In this document: piece by piece, positions 57,767-64,000 of the stretch
Numbering within the stretch: position 1 is the first letter of the stretch
Layout: each line of letters begins with the position of its first letter
DNA from: an uncultured delta proteobacterium
GTDB lineage: Bacteria; Desulfobacterota; Binatia; Binatales; Binataceae
Length of the DNA: 64,000 nt
Reading direction: 5' to 3'
NCBI GenBank assembly: GCA_963717045.1
Contig: CAVQVD010000010.1
Location: 342,255-406,254 of the forward strand
Position numbers and translations under genes: made by a program
The notes under the pieces: model-generated
The model's database searches: none
Told to the model about the DNA's origin: nothing
The model's input: the letters and a program-made list of their open reading frames with translations, nothing else

Positions 57767-59022
57767 GAGGTCACCTGCTGCGCCGGCTGATCCAGTCCGC
57801 TCTTGATCTTCACCTTGGCGCCGGGGAACAGGCGCAGTTGGCCATCGGTGACGACGGTTTCGCCGCCCCTAAGCCCGCTCTTGATCACCGTCTGACCTTC
57901 GAGCGAGTCGCCCACCACAACCGGGTGTGCCTTGGCTGACATATCCTGTTCGACTACGAACACGAACGTCCCATCCTGTCCCGTTTGCACTGCCTGCGAC
58001 GGCACCAGAATTGTGTCCGGGAGCTCGCTCAGAGTCAAAGTGACGTCGACGAACTGACCCGGCCACAGCCGCTCCGTTTCGTTGTGGAACAGCCCCTTGA
58101 GCTCGAAGGTGCCGGTGTTGGCGTTGACGGCGTTGTCGATGAAGCTAAGCGTCCCGCTCTCCGAGGCCGCCTGGAGCTCGCGGCTGCGGGGCCGCACCAT
58201 CACGGCGAGTTGATGGCCGTTCATGTCGCGCCGCACTTCGTCGAGATCCTTTTCCGGCACGTTGAAATCGACGTAGACCGGTTTGACCTGATTGATCACG
58301 ACAATCGCGCTGGCGGAATCGTTCGCCTTCACCAGGTTGCCCGGATGAAGCATCAGGTTGCCGGTTCGTCCGTCGATGGGCGAACGGATCCCCGTATACT
58401 CGAGGTTGATGCTAGCCGTTTGCGCGGCGGCCTGGTCGGCCATCACGGTGGCGCGCAGCGCCTGTGCGGTGGCATGCGCCTGGTCGTACTGCTCGCGCGA
58501 GCCCACGCCCTGATCCAACAAGTAGCCGTAGCGCTTCTCGTCGTTGACGGCTTGCGCAAGCTGCGCGCGGTCGCGGGCGAGGTTGGCCTGGGCCTGATGC
58601 AGGGCGGCTTCGAGCGGACGCGGATCGATAGTTACCAGCAGGTCGCCCTTTTTCACGTCCTCGCCTTCATGAAAATGAACCTCGGCTATTTTGCCGTCGA
58701 TCTGCGAGCGCACGGAGACGGTGGAGTAGGCTTCGACCGTGCCGATGGCGTGGAGCTGAATCGGGACGGTTTTGCGAACGGCCTGAGCAATCAACACCGG
58801 GACAGGACCGCTCATGAAGCCGCCCCCGCCAGTCGCCGGCCCGGACTTGGAGCACCCGGCGCCGAGCGCGGCGGCGATAGCGATCGCGGCCCCGATTAGC
58901 ACTGTCCGTATGACGCGTGCGAATTGGGATGCGCGGCCGTCTATTCGATCGGCGGCAAGGACGGGATTGACCTTATGATGGAGAGGCGAGAGCGATCGGC
59001 CTGGCAAGCTGTGTGCGGTCAA
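57763..59022 (-). CDS. RND efflux periplasmic adaptor (membrane fusion) subunit
   Basis: Lipobox AAALGAGCS, with the biotinyl-lipoyl and beta-barrel MFP domains. The stop overlaps the permease start by 4 nt. Confidence 0.8.
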   Translation of the reverse strand: MTAHSLPGRSLSPLHHKVNPVLAADRIDGRASQFARVIRTVLIGAAIAIAAALGAGCSKSGPATGGGGFMSGPVPVLIAQAVRKTVPIQLHAIGTVEAYSTVSVRSQIDGKIAEVHFHEGEDVKKGDLLVTIDPRPLEAALHQAQANLARDRAQLAQAVNDEKRYGYLLDQGVGSREQYDQAHATAQALRATVMADQAAAQTASINLEYTGIRSPIDGRTGNLMLHPGNLVKANDSASAIVVINQVKPVYVDFNVPEKDLDEVRRDMNGHQLAVMVRPRSRELQAASESGTLSFIDNAVNANTGTFELKGLFHNETERLWPGQFVDVTLTLSELPDTILVPSQAVQTGQDGTFVFVVEQDMSAKAHPVVVGDSLEGQTVIKSGLRGGETVVTDGQLRLFPGAKVKIKSGLDQPAQQVTS

Positions 59023-59202
59023 ATTGAGTCAGTCCTCTCAGTCCCGGCTTCGCAGCCTTGCCTTGGCAGTCGTGGCTTCAAAGTCCTGGCTTGGCTGATG
59101 AATACTATCAGGGTTGCCGAGCGCGGGGAAAATCGCCACTCGCGCCGGTTCGCGGCCTGGCACTAACGGACTGGCGCGGAGTTGGGCCCGCTCCGGTTAC
59201 AC

Positions 59203-60960
59203 CTAACGCGGAATCACCGGCAGTATCACACGCGAAGGCGAGCGCCCATCGTGAAAGACGCTCTGATGCGCCCGCGCCAGTACGTCGTCGGCAAAGAGGT
59301 CGTGCCCGGTGTTGGGATTGCGGTCGTAACGCGGAAAGTTGCTCGACGAAACCTCCAGCCGCAGGCGATGCCCGGCCCGGAACAGATGGCTCGTCGCCCA
59401 TAGGTCGAGCCGGTATTCGTAGATCCGCTCCGGCACGATCGGCGAGGGTGCCGTCAGTGACTCGCGAAAGCGCGCGCGCACCACGCCCTCCACTATATTC
59501 TGCACGTAACCGTCCGGCCGCACGTCACACAGCTTAGCCGTGAAGTCGGTGTCGGGCGCGGACGACGCCGCGTATAAAATCATCGTCACTGGCCCGGTCA
59601 CTTCCAGGTCGCCCGCCAGCGTCTCGCCGGTGTAAACCAGCACGTCGTCGCGCTGCTCGACCTCGCGTTGATCGAAAACTCCCGCCTTGAGACCCAGGGT
59701 GGTGCCGCCGCGCGTCGGCACCGGATCGTTGGGATCGTAAACGAAGCGGTCGTGCGGCTCGTCCTCCGGCCGCTCAGGACCGAGCCTCCCGTCGCCATTG
59801 AGACTGTTGGCGTGCCCGCCGCTATGGAGGAACAGGTCGGTGTAGCGAGTCCGCGCGAGGGGCCATTCGTGCTCGTCGCGCCATCGATTCTCGCCCATCA
59901 CGAACAGCCGCACCGGCGGCTCCTCGAGCACGTCATTATCGATTCCCCTGAGAAAGTGATCGAACCATCGCAGTTGGAAGGCGTGCAGTTCGATCATGGC
60001 CGCGGGGCCGAAGTCGATGTCGCCGGTGCCGCGCGAAGTCGGAATCGAGTAGGGCAGCAGATGCGCCCACGGACCCATCATCAGCTTCTGTCCGCGCCGG
60101 GCCGACTCGCTACGAGCGCCGTTGCGCATTCCGAGGTACATCGCGAGCGTGTCGTACTGAAAGATGTCGTACCACGATCCGACGTGAAACATGGGCGTGT
60201 CGAATTCGCCGAAGCGCGGACGCAGGTCGGTCGCGGCCCAGTACGGGCCGTCGGTCGAATTGCGCAGATAGTCGGCAAAATACGCCGCGCCATCGCTGAG
60301 GCGCTCGCCCCAATCGCTCACCGGCAGATGTTGGTATGCCTCGCGCTTGAGCGGAGCCATCGGGATGTCCGGGCGCGACACATAGCTGTCCAGCCGATCG
60401 CGATGCTGCGCGTAGATTCCCTTGCGTCCCAATGTGTCGCGCGCCATGAACATGAAGTAGGCCAGCATCCATCCCAGTTCGAACGCGCCGCGCCGATAGG
60501 AGAAATTCTCGAAGTGGCTAACCGGTCCTGAGACCGGCGCGGCGGCGCGCAGAGCCGGCGGACGCAGGCTTGCGGCGTAGTACTGCACCAGGGCGAGGTA
60601 CGACTGCCCGACCATCCCGACCTTGCCGTCCGACCAGGGCAGCGACGCCGCCCATTGCACGGCGTCGTAGCCGTCGCGCGCTTCATGGATGAAAGGGTAA
60701 AAATCGCCTTCCGAGCTATGGCGTCCGCGCGTATCCTGCACCACTACGACGTAACCGCGAGGCGGAAAATAATCCTTTTCCGTGAGCGCCATCCCGGCGC
60801 TCTTGTCGTACGGAGTGCGCACCAGCAGAACCGGAAACCGCCCTGGAGCGTCGGGACGATACACGTCGGCGCGCAGGCCTACGCCGTCACGGGCGCGCAT
60901 CATCTGGTCTTTTTCAATTACTACCTTGTAAGACGGTTCCCTTTGATCCGCGGTTCCCAT
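59203..60960 (-). CDS. CocE/NonD family hydrolase (S15 Xaa-Pro dipeptidyl-peptidase-like)
   Basis: 585 aa. RDGVGLRADVYRP...PVLLVRTPYDK is the alpha/beta hydrolase N-domain. Confidence 0.7.
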   Translation of the reverse strand: MGTADQREPSYKVVIEKDQMMRARDGVGLRADVYRPDAPGRFPVLLVRTPYDKSAGMALTEKDYFPPRGYVVVVQDTRGRHSSEGDFYPFIHEARDGYDAVQWAASLPWSDGKVGMVGQSYLALVQYYAASLRPPALRAAAPVSGPVSHFENFSYRRGAFELGWMLAYFMFMARDTLGRKGIYAQHRDRLDSYVSRPDIPMAPLKREAYQHLPVSDWGERLSDGAAYFADYLRNSTDGPYWAATDLRPRFGEFDTPMFHVGSWYDIFQYDTLAMYLGMRNGARSESARRGQKLMMGPWAHLLPYSIPTSRGTGDIDFGPAAMIELHAFQLRWFDHFLRGIDNDVLEEPPVRLFVMGENRWRDEHEWPLARTRYTDLFLHSGGHANSLNGDGRLGPERPEDEPHDRFVYDPNDPVPTRGGTTLGLKAGVFDQREVEQRDDVLVYTGETLAGDLEVTGPVTMILYAASSAPDTDFTAKLCDVRPDGYVQNIVEGVVRARFRESLTAPSPIVPERIYEYRLDLWATSHLFRAGHRLRLEVSSSNFPRYDRNPNTGHDLFADDVLARAHQSVFHDGRSPSRVILPVIPR

Positions 60961-61319
60961 GATTATCGCTCCGTTGCTCGTTAATCGCCATTTTAGGCGC
61001 AGTCATTTTATCTCGTCAGCTTTACCAAGTGTGTAGAAACTCAAAAAGCGAATCGAGTTTCAACTTACCCCAAGCTGCTCGAATTTGAGCGCTGTCTCAC
61101 CAGGCGTATCAGGCGCGAATCGGTACTGTATCCTACACGGCCCATGCGCGCGGTCTTTTTTTTCATGGTTAAACCTTCATCGAACGCGCCGACGTAAATA
61201 CAAATTTTCGTCGCCAACTTTTCGTCGTCGCCGATAGCAATGACCATCTCTGCTCCACTTGTTGTGATTCTGACTCTTTTCTCCCGTTGGTATCCGCCTT
61301 GCAAATACGTATTGAGCTA

Positions 61320-61600
61320 CGTGCGCTTTGAGGCATTGGAAGGAAGGCGGCTCGCTGGGGAATGACGGCGGCAAGAAGGCGGTGGTACAGAACGGTGAAG
61401 GGATAGAACGGGCGACGGACGGGCGGTGCAGGACGGGAATAGACGGGCGGGGCAAGATGGCCGGCGGGGAGATGGCCCGGGGGGCAGATGGTGGGGGACA
61501 GATGGGCGGGGAGAGGGCAGGCCTTTGCGAAGGCAGCCCTTGAAGGCCGGGCCTTCGACGGCCCTTGCGAGGATCGGATGAAGGATCGGATGAAAAATCA
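61320..61600 (+). repeat. G-rich phased direct repeats in long divergent intergenic/5' region
   Basis: ACGGGCG recurs three times at offsets 0, 11 and 35 nt, with a near copy ACGGGAA at offset 25 nt. Four AGATGG-N3-5-GGGG units are tandem at about 61440-61510. GATCGGATGAA is duplicated at 61566-61590. Confidence 0.5.
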
Positions 61601-62885
61601 GGTCGAGAGGGAAATTACTAAGGCCGAGACCGCGGCGACACAAGAAGAAGCTCCCCGCGGCTCGCGTTCGAATGGAGAAACGGTCTGGTTGGCGCCGGGA
61701 TCGCCGCGCTCGATGGAGCCGCTGCTTTCGGGGTTGGGAATCGAGTTGCTTGGCCCGCGCGAGGGCGATCGCGCGACCATACGAGTCGAAGCGATCGCCG
61801 CGAGCGGCGGCGTCGGCCACTCCGTCGACGGGCTGCGGGTCGCGCGGGTTGCGGGCAGCGCACATGACACCGTCGAATTCGAAGGGCCGGCTGTGTATGC
61901 GGCAGCGAGTTGCGTCATCTCTCACGCCTTAGGCCTCATCCCGCCGCTGCTGACCGCGGACTCAGCGATGTTCGCGGTGATTCGCGCCGGAGCGCGGTCT
62001 GGACAGGTCGACTCGCCGACCCTTGTCACTGGCGAGACCGGCACCGGCAAGGAGTTGCTGGTGCGCCTGATCCACGCCGCCAGCGGACGCGCAGGCGGCA
62101 TGGCTTCCGTCAACTGCGCGGCGCTCAATGATCCCGCGCCGCCGTTCGCATCCGCGGCGAATAAAGGCGCGTCTCATAATGCGGGACGGGGCGCTGCCCC
62201 CGGCGACCATCGGCTCGATGAACTATGTGCCGCCGGCGACACCACCCTGTTCCTGGACCAGGTCTCGGAACTCTCGTCCGCCTCGCAAGCCCGAGTTTTA
62301 TATTCGATATTGCGGAGCGCCAACAACGAAGCCGGGGAACGCATGGCGAGCGAGGTTCGGCCCGGCGCGCGCCTGATATCGGCGACCAACCGGCCTTTGG
62401 GGCCGCTGCTCCTCAGCGGTGATTTCAAGCGCGATCTGTACGCCCGGCTCGCCGTGCTGACCCTGGCGGTGCCGCCGCTGCGCGAGCGTCGCGCCGACAT
62501 CGCGCTGCTCGCATCCGGTTTTTTGCGCACCGTCGCGCCGCAACTCAGTTTCACAGCTGGCGCGCTCCAGGCGCTGAGTAATTATCCATTCCAGGGCAAC
62601 GTGCGCGAGCTGCAGAATTTGGTTACGCGCCTCGCGATCGTACCGCGCGACAATGCAGGCCATCTTATCGACGCGGCCGATGCTCGGGCTCAGTTCGCGG
62701 TTCCGGTCCTAAGCGCCTCGATGTGGAAAACGAGTCCGTTCCAGATGCGGCGCGAGATGGTGATACAGGCGCTGATGATATGCGGAGGCGATCGGGTGGA
62801 GGCCGCGCGCAAGCTCGGGATCAGCGTTCGTGCGCTCCAGCAGCACGTGCTACCGACGCCGGCGTCCGCCTCGCGAAGCCGCTAG
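61578..62885 (+). CDS. bacterial enhancer-binding-protein-like AAA+ regulator lacking GAFTGA motif (start uncertain: 61578/61590/61713)
   Basis: The AAA+ σ54-interaction-domain homology is present (GETGTGKELL, TLFLDQV, RERRADI, QGNVRELQNLV) with a C-terminal Fis-type HTH (GDRVEAARKLGISVRALQ). The ESELFGH/GAFTGA region is replaced by a Pro/Ala/Gly-rich insert. The N-terminal ~130 aa is an unknown domain. Confidence 0.65.
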   Translation: MKDRMKNQVEREITKAETAATQEEAPRGSRSNGETVWLAPGSPRSMEPLLSGLGIELLGPREGDRATIRVEAIAASGGVGHSVDGLRVARVAGSAHDTVEFEGPAVYAAASCVISHALGLIPPLLTADSAMFAVIRAGARSGQVDSPTLVTGETGTGKELLVRLIHAASGRAGGMASVNCAALNDPAPPFASAANKGASHNAGRGAAPGDHRLDELCAAGDTTLFLDQVSELSSASQARVLYSILRSANNEAGERMASEVRPGARLISATNRPLGPLLLSGDFKRDLYARLAVLTLAVPPLRERRADIALLASGFLRTVAPQLSFTAGALQALSNYPFQGNVRELQNLVTRLAIVPRDNAGHLIDAADARAQFAVPVLSASMWKTSPFQMRREMVIQALMICGGDRVEAARKLGISVRALQQHVLPTPASASRSR

Positions 62886-62939
62886 GGGGCGGCGGCTGGT
62901 CCGCCGCGGCGATACCCGGACGCCATTCCTGGTCGCGTG

Positions 62940-64000
62940 CTATCCCTTGGGGAGGCCCACAACGCGCTCGCCGATGATGTTGTGCTGGATCTGGTTGGTC
63001 CCGGCGTAGATCGTCGGGCCACGCGCCGCGAGCATCCGGTGCGACCATGTCCCATGGTCCATAGCGAAAGCCGCGCCCTGTTCGAACTGGCTATACGGAC
63101 CCAGCAGTTCCATCGCGAACATCGCGATCTTCAACCCCAGCTCTGTCGCGCACAGCTTCATCATCGAGCCCTCAGGCCCGGGTGGCAGTCCCTTAAGCTG
63201 GCGTGTGAGATTGCGAAACCCGGTGTACTTGATCGCCTGCACTTCCATCGCGAATTGCGCGACCCTCTGCCGCACGCTGGTATCGTCCCAGGCGCTGCGC
63301 CCATTGCGCGCCATCCGCTTGGCCAACTCCGTCAGCTCGCGCACCTGACGCATCAGTCCGCGGTCATGGCCGCCCGAGCGCTCGAACATCAGCGTGGTGA
63401 TCGCGACCTGCCAGCCCTGGTTCTTCTGCCCGACGATGTTCGTTTTGGGCACGCGAACGTCTTCGAAGAAGACCTGGTTGAAGCCGCGCGCGCCGGTCAT
63501 CTGGACCAGCGGTCGCACGGTCACTCCGGGTGTTTTCATATCGACCAACAGGTAGCTGATGCCCTGATGTTTGGGTGCCTCAGTGTCGGTGCGGGTGAGC
63601 AGAAATATCCAGTCGGCGTGCTGCGCGGAAGAGGTCCAGATTTTCGATCCGTTGACGACGAAGTAATCGCCTTCCTCGATCGCGCGGGTCTGTACGGAGG
63701 CGAGATCGGAGCCGGCGTTGGGCTCCGAGTAGCCTTGGCACCAGATTTCCTCGGCGGTTAAAATGTTCGGCAGATGGCGGCGCTTCTGCTCCTCCGTGCC
63801 CCAGTGGATGAGGGTCGGGCCGAGCAGCGGAATGCCGAAACCGGTGAACGGAATGGCAGTGCCGGCACGTTCGAGTTCCTGCTCGTAGATGATGCTCTGG
63901 AGCAGGGTTGCGCCGCGTCCGCCGTACTCCCTCGGCCAGCTAAGCCCGATCCAACCGCCCTCGTTGAGCTTGCGATGCCATCGGATGCGCGCGTTCCACT
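62940..64000 (-). CDS. acyl-CoA dehydrogenase (third paralog; 5' end beyond window)
   Basis: The C-terminal 202 aa is collinear with the other two ACADs (...GTNQIQHNIIGERVVGLPKG). The frame stays open to the window edge. Confidence 0.8.
   Translation of the reverse strand, partial: WNARIRWHRKLNEGGWIGLSWPREYGGRGATLLQSIIYEQELERAGTAIPFTGFGIPLLGPTLIHWGTEEQKRRHLPNILTAEEIWCQGYSEPNAGSDLASVQTRAIEEGDYFVVNGSKIWTSSAQHADWIFLLTRTDTEAPKHQGISYLLVDMKTPGVTVRPLVQMTGARGFNQVFFEDVRVPKTNIVGQKNQGWQVAITTLMFERSGGHDRGLMRQVRELTELAKRMARNGRSAWDDTSVRQRVAQFAMEVQAIKYTGFRNLTRQLKGLPPGPEGSMMKLCATELGLKIAMFAMELLGPYSQFEQGAAFAMDHGTWSHRMLAARGPTIYAGTNQIQHNIIGERVVGLPKG

Noticed and set aside
61065-61304. 79-aa minus-strand ORF in the AT-rich region upstream of the regulator
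   Set aside because: It has low GC3 unlike every confident gene here, no RBS and no motif. It lies in what looks like a promoter or leader region.
61440-61510. Possible CRISPR-like or tandem-repeat array
   Set aside because: The units are only ~15 nt, imperfect, G-rich and contiguous without spacers, so they are not a CRISPR. Reported instead as candidate operator repeats.

Overview
This 64 kb window is a high-GC (~67%) chromosomal segment that reads as proteobacterial from its synteny. Housekeeping genes (rpsF-priB-rpsR-DUF2232-rplI, glgC, PMM/ManC, uvrA, pdxA-surA-mfd, tRNA-Cys) are interleaved with accessory modules. No transposases or CRISPR arrays were found.

The most notable loci are:

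- **Bufferin-like RiPP locus (138-1345, GNAT at 1657-2757).** A Sec-secreted Cys-rich precursor (DUF2282/bufferin-like) sits 18 nt upstream of a DUF692 multinuclear non-heme iron oxidase (MNIO). The usual DUF2063 partner is absent; a two-domain GNAT-like acyltransferase follows instead.
- **Candidate selenoprotein (53983-54525, -).** An AhpD/carboxymuconolactone-decarboxylase-family gene carries an in-frame TGA exactly at the second Cys of the catalytic CxxC motif, with a palindromic hairpin 14 nt downstream. It lies between a vapBC toxin-antitoxin pair and an RND efflux pair.
- **Type III polyketide synthase translationally coupled to an ICMT-family O-methyltransferase (9728-11523, +),** resembling the srsAB alkylresorcinol system.
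- **An eight-gene plus-strand operon (40202-48660).** An ECF-type importer (S, fused A1A2, T) is followed by YciI, two family III CoA-transferases, an SMP-30/gluconolactonase-like protein and an Xaa-Pro aminopeptidase.
- **Three paralogous acyl-CoA dehydrogenases plus an aldehyde dehydrogenase (49068-53008 and 62940 to the window edge).**
- **A PadR-HlyD-ABC-ABC2 export module (25812-29544).**
- **Three reading-frame disruptions in mfd and surA (34037-38624).**
- **Phased G-rich repeats (61320-61600) upstream of a σ54-activator-like regulator that lacks the GAFTGA motif.**
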